Below, piece after piece: positions 28,727-38,700 of a stretch of 64,000 bases of DNA. The notes under the pieces are model-generated. The model worked only from the letters and a program-made list of their open reading frames with translations, did not search any database and had not been told where the DNA came from. Source of the stretch: Candidatus Nanoarchaeia archaeon (GTDB taxonomy: Archaea; Nanobdellota; Nanobdellia; Woesearchaeales; SKIA01); NCBI GenBank assembly GCA_028279685.1, contig JANQNG010000002.1:11922-75921 (forward strand), written 5' to 3'. Positions within the stretch are counted from its first letter, which is position 1. The number at the start of each line of letters is the position of its first letter. A program made the position numbers and the translations under genes.

Positions 28727-29845
28727 CTAGTTTATAAATGTTTCATTTTGGACATTGTTGTTTATTTTAGCAAATTTTTTAGCAATTTGAACATATAATT
28801 TTGATGCTAATGGCACCTTTTCCCAAATAACAAACTCATTTGGCTTGTGGATACATGATTTCTCACCTGGTCCAATAACCACTGAAGGTATTCCTTTCTT
28901 TGTATAAAAACAAGCATCATCAGCACCCATTGCAACTGTTATTTTAGCATTAGCTTCTTTCTTAACTAACTGAAGAATAACTTCGTCATTTCCTGTTAAT
29001 GAAGGATCAGTTGGTTTACTATAATAAGTAACTTCTGCCAGATCACCTATCGCAGATTGAATAATCACAATAGCATCTTTATGCATAGCAGGTGTTGTTC
29101 TTAAATCACATATCATGTAACACGTTTCTGGAATGACATTCGGAGAATTTCCTGATGAAATCATAGTTCCAATTGCAATCGTGGGCACTCCTAAAATAGA
29201 ATCTTCATATTTTTTCAAATCCATCTTCTCTAAAATATGTGCGCATTTCATAATTTTCAAAAAAGCATTATTCTTGTTATTAGGATTGCTTGCGTGACCT
29301 CCTTCTCCTTTTGCAGTTATTTTAAAAAAAATACCTCCTCTATGTCCCTGTTCAACAGCTTTCAAACTAGTTGGTTCTGTTAGCACACAAGCCTGATTCT
29401 TGTAAGAATATTTTTTTGTAAACAAATCTAAAAAAGACGATGTTCCAGAACCATCAAGTTCTTCCTTAACAACAAATGCAAAACATAAATCACAAGGAGG
29501 ATTATCTTTCAACAAATCAATAGTGTTCACTAAGGATACAATGGAAGCTTTTTCATCGCTAGCACCCAATCCACATATCTTTTTACCATCTTCTTTAGGT
29601 TCTAGAGGATCAGAATCCCAAGATTTTGGATCAGTATTAACCGTATCCATATGAGCATTAAAATGCAATAAAGTATCTGATCCTGTTTTGAAATGGACAA
29701 TAACGTTATCGTCTTTTAAAACTACAGGAACTTTCATTTTTTTCAAGAAATTATAGAGGTATATGGCTAATTCTTTTTCATCTCCTGATATAGAAGATAT
29801 TTTCAAGATATCAAAGAAAAATTGCTTTAATTTGTCTTCGTCCAT
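28727..29845 (-). CDS. M20-family metallopeptidase (ArgE/DapE/LysK-like deacylase)
   Basis: HFNAHMDTV and GLGASDEKA metal-binding motifs; 372 aa. Confidence 0.8.
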   Translation of the reverse strand: MDEDKLKQFFFDILKISSISGDEKELAIYLYNFLKKMKVPVVLKDDNVIVHFKTGSDTLLHFNAHMDTVNTDPKSWDSDPLEPKEDGKKICGLGASDEKASIVSLVNTIDLLKDNPPCDLCFAFVVKEELDGSGTSSFLDLFTKKYSYKNQACVLTEPTSLKAVEQGHRGGIFFKITAKGEGGHASNPNNKNNAFLKIMKCAHILEKMDLKKYEDSILGVPTIAIGTMISSGNSPNVIPETCYMICDLRTTPAMHKDAIVIIQSAIGDLAEVTYYSKPTDPSLTGNDEVILQLVKKEANAKITVAMGADDACFYTKKGIPSVVIGPGEKSCIHKPNEFVIWEKVPLASKLYVQIAKKFAKINNNVQNETFIN

Positions 29846-29847
29846 GT

Positions 29848-31041
29848 TTACACCTTTTCTATTTTTTCCCAGTTCGAAATAGCATCCTGATAATCAATAC
29901 CTCCAACAAGTCCAAAGTATTTGTAAAGACCATTATCTTGGTTTGACATACACAACACCATTCCTCCTTTGTTTTCAACTTTCTGAATAACCTCTTGCGT
30001 TGAATTTGCTTTAGTGCTAGTGGATCCTAAATAAACTGCATCACCAAAAAATGGCATTAATGAATCTTTCATAAGAAATGCTGGAGTTGCTGCAGTAGGG
30101 CGTATATTTGGATCAATGACATAATATTCTCCTTGAAAATCTTTCAAAATATCGAAACCAACAATCCCGTGATATCCCATCTCAGCAACTTTTTTTGCAG
30201 CGTTTTGTCCTATCGTGAATAATTCATGTTCAGGTTCTTTTTCAAGATAACAAACCACTCCTTCATATTCTCCTTCAGAAGTCATAAATTGTTCTCCAAA
30301 GCCTATATAATGTATTTCATTACTTTTATCAATAAGAAATTGAATGCTATAATTATGATTTGCTTCAATATAATCTTCTACTATGATCTGAGATACATCA
30401 CTAAAAAATCCATTTAATTTTGCAAGATCTTTAGGTGATTTTAATATCTTTAGACCATCACCTGCCGAACCTTCTGTCTTCTTAAGAACAACAGCTTTTT
30501 GCTTGACTATATCCTCTAAGAAATTTGTATCTTGAAGAGAAAAAAGCTGACGTTGGGGTATTTGATCAGTAAACAAATGTAAGTTAGACTTATCATTTAA
30601 CATAAATAATAAATCAGGGTCGTTTGCATATACTTCTGGAGCAATATTGTCGTAAGGATGCAAAACATGCAACGATTTCTCAGGCAAAGAGTTAGCTAAA
30701 TCAGTATAGTGTTTAGCATTACTATTATCATACAATAATATAGGCGAATCATGTTTTCCTAACATTCCAGAGAGATTCGTTACTTGTTCCTCGGGAGCTT
30801 GCATAGGCATTAAGAAACCTGCTCCACTCATCATTGCTAGAGGAAGAAATCGTAATGTTTCTGCAACAATAGTAATATCACTATATCCTCCCTCTGCAAA
30901 AGGATACTTGTGAGTATCTCCTTTGTCTTTCCCATTAACTAACTCAGGATATTTCATAAAAAGATATGATCCTTTATATGTTTCTTCCAAAGCCTTCATT
31001 AAGCTTTTTTGTTGTATAGTTTCTGTTTCCATAGTGTTCAA
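29848..31041 (-). CDS. ATP-grasp domain protein (carboxylate-amine ligase)
   Basis: C-terminal ...HGIVGFDILKDFQGEYYVIDPNIRP resembles the ATP-grasp catalytic loop; 397 aa. Confidence 0.6.
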   Translation of the reverse strand: MNTMETETIQQKSLMKALEETYKGSYLFMKYPELVNGKDKGDTHKYPFAEGGYSDITIVAETLRFLPLAMMSGAGFLMPMQAPEEQVTNLSGMLGKHDSPILLYDNSNAKHYTDLANSLPEKSLHVLHPYDNIAPEVYANDPDLLFMLNDKSNLHLFTDQIPQRQLFSLQDTNFLEDIVKQKAVVLKKTEGSAGDGLKILKSPKDLAKLNGFFSDVSQIIVEDYIEANHNYSIQFLIDKSNEIHYIGFGEQFMTSEGEYEGVVCYLEKEPEHELFTIGQNAAKKVAEMGYHGIVGFDILKDFQGEYYVIDPNIRPTAATPAFLMKDSLMPFFGDAVYLGSTSTKANSTQEVIQKVENKGGMVLCMSNQDNGLYKYFGLVGGIDYQDAISNWEKIEKV

Positions 31042-31112
31042 ATCCTCCTATTTTTGATATATGTATTGACTAATCTCAAACATTTTTTCATCTATTTGTT
31101 CCATTTCAAACA

Positions 31113-32810
31113 TTACATCTCCTCAGGTAATTGAATACCTAGCAAGTCCATTGCATTATTTACTGTCGTCACATATGACTGCACAAGTGCGAGCTTTGTC
31201 TCTTTTTGATCTCCTGCATCTTTAACACTAACAGTGTTGTAAAATGCATTAAATGCTGAAGACAATTCATAGGCATAGTTTGCAATAATGTGCGGCTTGT
31301 ATTTTTCAACAGCAGCTTCCACTCTTAATGGAAACATTGCTAACTGCTTCACTAATTGCTTCTCAGAATCTGACTCAATATGAGTTACTTCATATTCAGC
31401 AGAACTTCCATTTTTTCTTAGTATGCTGCTTGCTCTGGCATGAGCATACTGAATGTATGGAGCAGAGTTTCCCTCAAAGTTAAGAGCTCTTTCCCAGCTA
31501 AACTCGATGTTTTTAGGATAGTCAACACCTAAAACCATATACTTTACCGCTCCAACACCAACCATTTTCGCAACATCTTCTTTGTTTTCAAGATCTGGAT
31601 TTTTTTCATCAATAACTTTCTTGGCCATTAATGTTGATTTATCTAGAACCTCTTCAAGATAAACAATTGTTCCCTCTCTTGTAGACATTTTTCCATCTGC
31701 AAGATTTATCATTCCAAATGAAACATGAAAGCAATCATCTGCCCAATCATTTCCTGCTTTATCTAATATCCCGAAGATTTGCTTAAAGTACTGTTCTTGT
31801 TCGTTTGCAACAACATACAATAATTTGTCAAAATCGAAATGCTCTTTACGGTATGTTGCAGCTCCAAGATCTTGTGTTGCATAAATTGCTGTTCCATCTG
31901 ATTTCAAAACAACTTTTTCTGGAAGCTTATACTCATCTAAGGATACAACAACTGCACCATCTTCAGTTTTCTCCGCAACTCCCTTTTCTAACATACTTTG
32001 AATTACTTCTTTTCCTTTGTCGGAAAATTTGCTTTGTCCAGTTATTTCATCAAACTGAACATCCAAGAGATTATACACTCTATTGAATGCATCCATGCTC
32101 ATCTCTGAAATAAAATCAAGAGTTTTTGTAGTGGCAAGATCTCCTTCCTCTATTTTCTTAGCAGTTAGTTTAGCTTTTTCTTCAAGTTCAGGATTATCTG
32201 CCATTTCTTTATTGAATCTCACATAGAGATTCAATATTTCCTCTTCAGGATTCTTAGCAAGTTTTTCTGGGCTACTCCAAAGGTCATAGGCTGCAACAGT
32301 TTTTGCTATATGCAATCCTACATCTCCTAAATAATTAATGCCAAAAGTTTCATATCCTGAAAACTGCATTATTTTTATCAGGCTGTCTCCTAATATTGTT
32401 GAACGGATATGTCCTACATGAAGAGGTTTTCCTATATTTGGCGCAGAATAATCAAAAACAACTAACTTATCTTCACCAATATTGTTTCTTCCGTAATCTT
32501 CTCCTTGCTCTATTACTTGGTCTAATGTTTGATTAGCAAGATAATCTGAATTAATAAAAAAATTCAAAAAACCATTTTGAGACTCTGCAGATATATACTC
32601 TGGAAACTCAGCATTATCTGCAATGAACTGTGCTGCTTCACCAGGATTATCAAAGCCTAAAACTTTTTGGAAAGGTGAACAATGAATTGCAAAGTCACCC
32701 ATTCCAGCTTTTTGAGGCATTTGCATCATAGCAGTTAATTTGTCTTTAGGAATAACTCCTCCAACAAATTCATTGAGTCCTTTTGCTAATTCTTGTTTTG
32801 CAGCTTTCAT
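31113..32810 (-). CDS. argS: arginyl-tRNA synthetase
   Basis: HIGH-type motif HVGHIRS, KMSTR (KMSKS variant), an N-terminal Arg_tRNA_synt_N-like region and a C-terminal DALR anticodon-binding domain. Confidence 0.9.
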   Translation of the reverse strand: MKAAKQELAKGLNEFVGGVIPKDKLTAMMQMPQKAGMGDFAIHCSPFQKVLGFDNPGEAAQFIADNAEFPEYISAESQNGFLNFFINSDYLANQTLDQVIEQGEDYGRNNIGEDKLVVFDYSAPNIGKPLHVGHIRSTILGDSLIKIMQFSGYETFGINYLGDVGLHIAKTVAAYDLWSSPEKLAKNPEEEILNLYVRFNKEMADNPELEEKAKLTAKKIEEGDLATTKTLDFISEMSMDAFNRVYNLLDVQFDEITGQSKFSDKGKEVIQSMLEKGVAEKTEDGAVVVSLDEYKLPEKVVLKSDGTAIYATQDLGAATYRKEHFDFDKLLYVVANEQEQYFKQIFGILDKAGNDWADDCFHVSFGMINLADGKMSTREGTIVYLEEVLDKSTLMAKKVIDEKNPDLENKEDVAKMVGVGAVKYMVLGVDYPKNIEFSWERALNFEGNSAPYIQYAHARASSILRKNGSSAEYEVTHIESDSEKQLVKQLAMFPLRVEAAVEKYKPHIIANYAYELSSAFNAFYNTVSVKDAGDQKETKLALVQSYVTTVNNAMDLLGIQLPEEM

Positions 32811-32811
32811 T

Positions 32812-34170
32812 TTACAACCTCAAAATAACCTGAGTCAAACAGTGTGGTCCTCCGTATGCCATATTCAAATGATTGAACGGTAAGAGAGTCTCTTCTACTC
32901 CTGCTTTTTTCAATACTGTATTATATTCAGTACTTATTTCAGCATAATTCCTTTGTTCTAATCCAGGAAGAGCTCCCAGTTTTTCTCCAAGCTTATGTAT
33001 ATTTTTGTAAAATACTTCCTTCTTAGCTATATCCACGCCGATAATCTTTCCATCTCCGACTGTCAGGAAATTAATGCCGTATGACATCTGCAGATCTTTA
33101 CTTACAGGAATAATCTCAAATCCTTCATCACGTAAGCAATCAGAAAATCTATTGTATTCTTTCATAAGCGTATATTTTCCACTAGGTTGTCGTTCATAGA
33201 CATCAACTGAAGGTTCTCTATTGTCTCCATTTTTTGCTTGGCCTACTCTGTTTTCAAGCACTATTGCTTTTCCTTTTGCAGGAATATTAAAGTAAGTATC
33301 CAAGTGCATTTCTGTTTGACTTTTCCATTCATCCTTAACTACACCAACTTTACTATAACCAAAGCAATCATTGTCAAAAAGTTGTGCTATTGCATCAGGA
33401 TTTGTTCTATGGCCTGTTCCAATAAATGCAATTTCTCCTGCAGGAATGAAATCTCCTCCTTCAAGTCTTCCTGAGCAATTAACTTTGTAAATTGGTTGAA
33501 TACCTAATTTCTTAAATGCGAGTTCTGTTATTGCAACTTCGTCTGTTCTCTCTTTTGAATTCATAGATCCAATAACAACTCCTTTATCAGTAGTTATCTG
33601 TTGATCTCTGAAAAACGTCTGATTATATACTGGTTTTATCTGCACAGATGCTGCATATTCAGAATTATTTTCATCACTATACGACAAATTATATGTCGGT
33701 TGAAGCAAAATAATCTCTACTAAATCTTCTGGAGCCATAAATTCAACTGAAAATTTCTTTTGCTGTCCAATTTTAGCCCGATCACACATGGTTTGAATTC
33801 CATCAGTTAACAAATGCATCGAATACAAAGCCATCTGCCTTAATTCATCAGTAACAGGACCTTCGATTATATTTCCAGTTGTGTCTCTAGTTCCATTAAG
33901 TAATATATCTCTAAGATGCAGCACTTCAGCTCCTTGCTTTTCAAGCTCTTGTACATATGCATCGTGCTCTTTTGCAGCCATCCTCCTATCCATAGGTCCC
34001 TCGTACAATGCTGCTGAAAAAAAAGCTGATCCGATAAGCATCTCTAATGAAGGCCTATGTACAATTATGGTTTTTGCAGTATCATACTCTGCAGTTACTT
34101 TTGGTTGTATTCCTTCCATTTTTGTTTTCCTCCTTTGTATAGCTCTCGCTAAGTGAATTGTTTTCCTCAT
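32812..34170 (-). CDS. amidinotransferase-superfamily enzyme (arginine deiminase/DDAH-like)
   Basis: C-terminal catalytic GGPHCLTQV (Cys nucleophile context as in the arginine deiminase GGGHCMT motif); 452 aa. Separated from argS by 1 nt. Confidence 0.6.
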   Translation of the reverse strand: MRKTIHLARAIQRRKTKMEGIQPKVTAEYDTAKTIIVHRPSLEMLIGSAFFSAALYEGPMDRRMAAKEHDAYVQELEKQGAEVLHLRDILLNGTRDTTGNIIEGPVTDELRQMALYSMHLLTDGIQTMCDRAKIGQQKKFSVEFMAPEDLVEIILLQPTYNLSYSDENNSEYAASVQIKPVYNQTFFRDQQITTDKGVVIGSMNSKERTDEVAITELAFKKLGIQPIYKVNCSGRLEGGDFIPAGEIAFIGTGHRTNPDAIAQLFDNDCFGYSKVGVVKDEWKSQTEMHLDTYFNIPAKGKAIVLENRVGQAKNGDNREPSVDVYERQPSGKYTLMKEYNRFSDCLRDEGFEIIPVSKDLQMSYGINFLTVGDGKIIGVDIAKKEVFYKNIHKLGEKLGALPGLEQRNYAEISTEYNTVLKKAGVEETLLPFNHLNMAYGGPHCLTQVILRL

Positions 34171-34311
34171 AATTAGCAGAGCTCACGCTAATTAGGCTAG
34201 CTTCTTATGCTCTGGTCTACTTATAAGAGAGCGCCGAGAAGGTATATATATTCGGTTCATTCATTCTCAACCATCTGGTTGAACTTCTCAGTACCCTTTC
34301 TGTTATGAGTG

Positions 34312-34767
34312 TCAGTTGAAATGATGCTCATCCGTCATGAATTGTTCATGATGGATGGTGTCTATGAGGTTGAAGACATGCTTCTCCGTGATTGAGTTGC
34401 TGTCTTCAAGATCGTCAATGAAGTCTTGCGCTTCTTTCTGATTCTTGAATATGCAATCAACATGAAAATCATGTCCTGTATTGATATGATGTATAGTGTT
34501 GACATTACTGCTTGCTTTGAAATATTCAAGCAGCGATTCTCTTTTTTCCGACGGTGTTTTCAAAGTGATAAACATCCTAATAGGAAACCCCAAACGTTCA
34601 TACGCAGGCACGGTGACATGCCTGAGCAACTTGCTCTCTTCCATTTTATGGAGGAGATCAGCCATCGACGACACAGGAAGATCGTTTTCCTTTGCAATCG
34701 CGTTAACTCTTGCTCTGCCATTCTTCCTGAGACCTATAATCAACCTTTTCTCTTTCTTGGTAAGCAT
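34312..34767 (-). CDS. lrp: Lrp/AsnC-family transcriptional regulator
   Basis: N-terminal HTH (KRLIIGLRKNGRARVNAIAKENDLPVSSMADLLHKMEE) plus a C-terminal RAM domain; 151 aa. Confidence 0.85.
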   Translation of the reverse strand: MLTKKEKRLIIGLRKNGRARVNAIAKENDLPVSSMADLLHKMEESKLLRHVTVPAYERLGFPIRMFITLKTPSEKRESLLEYFKASSNVNTIHHINTGHDFHVDCIFKNQKEAQDFIDDLEDSNSITEKHVFNLIDTIHHEQFMTDEHHFN

Positions 34768-34785
34768 TGTTCTCTCCCTTCTTTT

Positions 34786-34870
34786 CTTATTTCGGAATTA
34801 TTCATATACATTTGGGAATTATTCTCGAAGATCTTCCGTTGTTGTAACGATATCTTCCGAATAATTCGTT
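34786..34870. promoter_or_regulatory. three copies of a GAATAATTCCG(A)-like motif between two Lrp genes (candidate Lrp operator array)
   Basis: tcggaattattc (34792), gggaattattctcg (34814) and cttccgaataattcg (34856). The half-site TTCCGAA recurs elsewhere in the window. Confidence 0.4.
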
Positions 34871-34886
34871 TTTTTCCGTGATTATT

Positions 34887-35363
34887 TCATACTCTCGACG
34901 TGAGATCCATCAACACTATATCGGTCATGAATGCCTCACGTTTTATGTCTTCAACAATATAATGTATTCTACTATCTTCAATAACGAATTTATCATTAAG
35001 TTGTTCTATGAACCCTTCTGCATCTTTGATATGGTGAAATACTCCTTCAACCATGAAATCAAATCCGTTATTGATCCTGAATACTGAATTAATTGATTGA
35101 TGTTTAACCAGATGATTCATCAAAGCCTCTTTATCTTCTCTCGCCACTTTCAAATTCAATGTCGCTCTTGTATGAAATCCAAGTTTACTGAAATCAATCA
35201 ACGTTGTATGTTTCCTGATGATATTATTCTCATGAAACTTCAATCGGTCAAATATGGTTGATACCGGTATTGAGGTTTTTTTGCTAAGTTTAGTTAATGA
35301 CATCCTTGCATTGTTCCTCAATTGTGATATGATCCTTAGGTCATTTTTGTTCATGATTCTCAC
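34887..35363 (-). CDS. lrp: Lrp/AsnC-family transcriptional regulator
   Basis: HTH_AsnC plus RAM domain. It is a clear paralog of 61847..62329, sharing ...IPVSTIFDR...FSKLGFH...INNG(F/Y)DF(M/L)VEGVF.... Confidence 0.85.
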   Translation of the reverse strand: MRIMNKNDLRIISQLRNNARMSLTKLSKKTSIPVSTIFDRLKFHENNIIRKHTTLIDFSKLGFHTRATLNLKVAREDKEALMNHLVKHQSINSVFRINNGFDFMVEGVFHHIKDAEGFIEQLNDKFVIEDSRIHYIVEDIKREAFMTDIVLMDLTSRV

Positions 35364-35516
35364 TCGAAATTATTATCTCCGTATTGAATTACTTCTTAGA
35401 ATGTTGGAAATATTATATATTTTTGCCAATTATAATTATTACTCGTAATTATATAATTACAAAAGGAAAAAATATATAAATAATGGAATATTTCCTTATT
35501 TCAAGGTAAAATTACA

Positions 35517-36455
35517 ATGAAACGAAAAATCAATAGAGTAGGACAAAACACACTTACAGTGAGTCTACCCAGCAAATGGGCTAAAGAGAAGGAATTACAG
35601 CAAGGAGACGAAATTGAGCTCACAGAGCTTCCAGAAGGCCTTCTACTTCAACAAGAGGGAAAAAGCAGAGAATCTAAGCGTATTTCTATTAATATAGACC
35701 ACTTTGCGTATTATTCACTATCTCGCTATCTTACTGTGTTATATAGGGCTGGCTATGATAAAATAACGCTTATTCATAATAAGCATGAGACGTTTAATGA
35801 TAAGAAAGGAAAATACCTAAAAACACAGGATGTTATTAAGAAATTAGTCAATAGATTTGTTGGTTCTGAAATTATTTCACAAACAAGTTCAAAAACTGAG
35901 ATAGAATGTCTTGTTACAGAGAAACAACAAGATCTGAATAAAATCCAGAAAAGGATCTACTTTCTTATTAAAGAGACTTTTAGCGAGATTCTTAATGCAG
36001 TTAATGAAGATTATGCTACCTTTCACGATTCTATTTATAGTCATCATGATCATATTGCAAAATTCATTAATTATTATTTGCGAGAACTTATTGCTTCTGA
36101 TACACCTGCTGCAGAGAAGCATATGAGTTATTCACTCTATATGATTATTGATAAGCTTATTGATAAAATAAGACATATTAGTGAGAAAATTCATGAATAC
36201 GGCTGTAGTAAGAAAATACATAATCATCTTGGACAGATCTTTGAAATAATAAGCGATCAGTTCTTAAGTTTATATAAACAAGAATATACAAGAGATCTTG
36301 TGAAGAAACGATATAATCTTGTGAAGAAAATTGAGAAAGAGAAATACACACCGTCAGAGCTCCAAGTTATCTCAGAAGCGAAGATATTCTTGGATACGAT
36401 CAATGACTTCACAGAATTGATTGTCTGTCAGAATTTGAAAAAGATGGAAGAGTGA
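35517..36455 (+). CDS. AbrB/SpoVT-type swapped-hairpin DNA-binding domain fused to a PhoU-like helical domain (tentative)
   Basis: N-terminal RVGQNTLTVSLPSKWAKEKELQQGDEIEL is AbrB/MazE-like. The remaining ~250 aa are helical repeats, as in archaeal PhoU-like regulators. Confidence 0.45.
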   Translation: MKRKINRVGQNTLTVSLPSKWAKEKELQQGDEIELTELPEGLLLQQEGKSRESKRISINIDHFAYYSLSRYLTVLYRAGYDKITLIHNKHETFNDKKGKYLKTQDVIKKLVNRFVGSEIISQTSSKTEIECLVTEKQQDLNKIQKRIYFLIKETFSEILNAVNEDYATFHDSIYSHHDHIAKFINYYLRELIASDTPAAEKHMSYSLYMIIDKLIDKIRHISEKIHEYGCSKKIHNHLGQIFEIISDQFLSLYKQEYTRDLVKKRYNLVKKIEKEKYTPSELQVISEAKIFLDTINDFTELIVCQNLKKMEE

Positions 36456-36456
36456 A

Positions 36457-38574
36457 TTAATCAAGTTTTTCGAAATTTGATTCCATATACTCTTCTACTA
36501 AACACTTTTCAAACATTCTATACATTTTTTTATAATGATGATTTTTTGCAATTAGACAAGATTTAATTAAATCTCTGAGGTTATTATCTTTTATATTATC
36601 ATCGACTTTCTGCAGATACGGCTTTAAACGTTCGCCTGTAGTATCAGCGTAGACTTCATCACGTTCATCCTTAATATTATGCGCATGAATAGACAATTCC
36701 ATACTAGGAGATTCAGCAAAAATATGCTCATCAGTAGCCATCTTATACATCACTTGACCTAACGAAACAAGATCATTAGGCATCTGGCCTTTACCACCAT
36801 ATCTCCTATTATACCCCTTCTGCAACGCATACTTATCAGTCGTCGCAGTACCAAAATCAATAATCACAGCTCTATCTTTCTGCTCATCAACCATAATATT
36901 TGCAGGCCTAATATCTCTGTGAAACCAAATACTTGCCTGACGCATCTCGAAAAGACCGTTCATAATATCAGAAGCATAACGCAATACATCCTCTGAAGAT
37001 AATTCTTTCTTTTTTATTGTACTTTCTAAAGTATCTCCTTTAATATATTCAATTTTTACTCCAATATCTTCCTTGTGATCTAAATAACTAGTTTTGCTAA
37101 ATCCATCATCACTAATTACATCGCCAGGTTCTCCCAGAACTTTAATAATATTTTTTTGTTTTCCTTCAAACCTTTTATTAATCATATCTAAAAACTTATA
37201 CTCTTTCTGTATTTCCTTAGAGAACTTCCAAGCATCATTTTCAGCTCTAAGCACTATGCCATTAGCTCCCGTTCCAATACAACCAAGATTTTCAACTTTG
37301 CTCGTAACATCCCTATAGTTGTATAATGAATCTAGGAGCTTAAGTAGATTATGATGATTTTTAATTTTATTAGGATCAATTCCAAGTCTTGCAATTACAG
37401 GTATCTGGTAACTCTTAACTTCCCCAGGGTAAGAATCTGCAACCTCTGGAGAAACATCAAACATAAAAAATTTAGCAATAGTAAATCCATCAAATCTTTC
37501 AGGATAAAAGTTAGCTCTTTCTGGATCTACTCCTGCAAAAAACAACCTTTTTATCATCCATGCTGAGAATCTTTTGCCGCAAACAGCAACATATGGATTA
37601 GCATCATCAGGATGGACAAACCCCATAGATTCTCCACGATCCCAAGTATTTGCTAGTACTGAAGCTTCTTCCCAATCAAAAGAAGCATCATATTTATTCG
37701 CAATCTCATGAGAAACACCATACAATATAAACTCTCGAATTGAAACCCCACCATACCTTTCATCATATTTATCAGCTTCTTCAGGCGACACATTACCGTC
37801 AATCAGATATCCAATTTCGTAAGCATTAAACCTTTTGTTGTACGTAAGCACTTTTTCAATTGTAACATTTTCCTTTCTCTCAAAATCAACATTTTTAAAA
37901 AAAAGTGTTTCTATATCATCTTTGTTAAATCGTTCTGTTATCTCTATTGATTGTTCAGGAAGAATATCTACAAAGAGTTGCATACCTAATTGATAATCAC
38001 TAAGGCTATTAGGATATAACGATGCTCTCTCAGCATCAACATCTAATTTTTTCAACTTAGCAATATGTACTCCTCTAAATCTTTTATCATAACATATCGC
38101 TTCTTCATTTAGAACATTACCTCTATGAAGAATTGCAATATCCCATCCTGTAAATCTATTATCATAACTTTCTGCAATAATATGATCGATTCCTTCATTT
38201 ACCATATACTCAATTTCAGATCCACAAAATCTTGAATTAAATGTGATTGCCTTTTCATTTAGGACATTTGCTTTTATTAACTGAACAATATCATAACCAT
38301 TAAATCTTTTATCATATACTTCTGCTTGTTCAGGTGTTATTTCATTCTCATAAAGATTAGCAATATCCCAACCACTAAACCAAGAAGGATATTTATTTAC
38401 CACCTCTGGAAGTAAAGTCTTAAAATAAAGAAAATGACTAAGATCTTCCTCTCCAAATCTAGCATCATATGTATTTGCAACTTCAGGAGAAACTCCATGT
38501 TTAGCTAATTTCTCCTTATATTTGCCAAAGCGATCATCATATTCCTCAAGCGCAAACTCATCAATACTCATCAA
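36457..38574 (-). CDS. Ser/Thr protein kinase (Hanks-type catalytic domain) with ~12 N-terminal ~35-aa Y-x-x-R-F-x-G repeats
   Basis: Catalytic loop HRDIRPANIMV and IIDFGTATTD (DFG) in the C-terminal third. The N-terminus carries repeated YDARFGEEDL / YDKRFNGYDI / YDNRFTGWDI / YDKRFRGVHI / YNKRFNAYEI / YDERYGGVSI / CGKRFSAWMI / YPERFDGFTI units. Confidence 0.7.
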   Translation of the reverse strand: MMSIDEFALEEYDDRFGKYKEKLAKHGVSPEVANTYDARFGEEDLSHFLYFKTLLPEVVNKYPSWFSGWDIANLYENEITPEQAEVYDKRFNGYDIVQLIKANVLNEKAITFNSRFCGSEIEYMVNEGIDHIIAESYDNRFTGWDIAILHRGNVLNEEAICYDKRFRGVHIAKLKKLDVDAERASLYPNSLSDYQLGMQLFVDILPEQSIEITERFNKDDIETLFFKNVDFERKENVTIEKVLTYNKRFNAYEIGYLIDGNVSPEEADKYDERYGGVSIREFILYGVSHEIANKYDASFDWEEASVLANTWDRGESMGFVHPDDANPYVAVCGKRFSAWMIKRLFFAGVDPERANFYPERFDGFTIAKFFMFDVSPEVADSYPGEVKSYQIPVIARLGIDPNKIKNHHNLLKLLDSLYNYRDVTSKVENLGCIGTGANGIVLRAENDAWKFSKEIQKEYKFLDMINKRFEGKQKNIIKVLGEPGDVISDDGFSKTSYLDHKEDIGVKIEYIKGDTLESTIKKKELSSEDVLRYASDIMNGLFEMRQASIWFHRDIRPANIMVDEQKDRAVIIDFGTATTDKYALQKGYNRRYGGKGQMPNDLVSLGQVMYKMATDEHIFAESPSMELSIHAHNIKDERDEVYADTTGERLKPYLQKVDDNIKDNNLRDLIKSCLIAKNHHYKKMYRMFEKCLVEEYMESNFEKLD

Positions 38575-38700
38575 CCATACCTCTCACAGCCTCTAAAAAT
38601 AGGAATTGAAGCTAGTTTATATCTCTGCTTTTCTATCGCTTTCTATGTTTATAAAATTTACTACTTTTTAGTAGTTTCTTAATTATTTTCCATATAGAAT

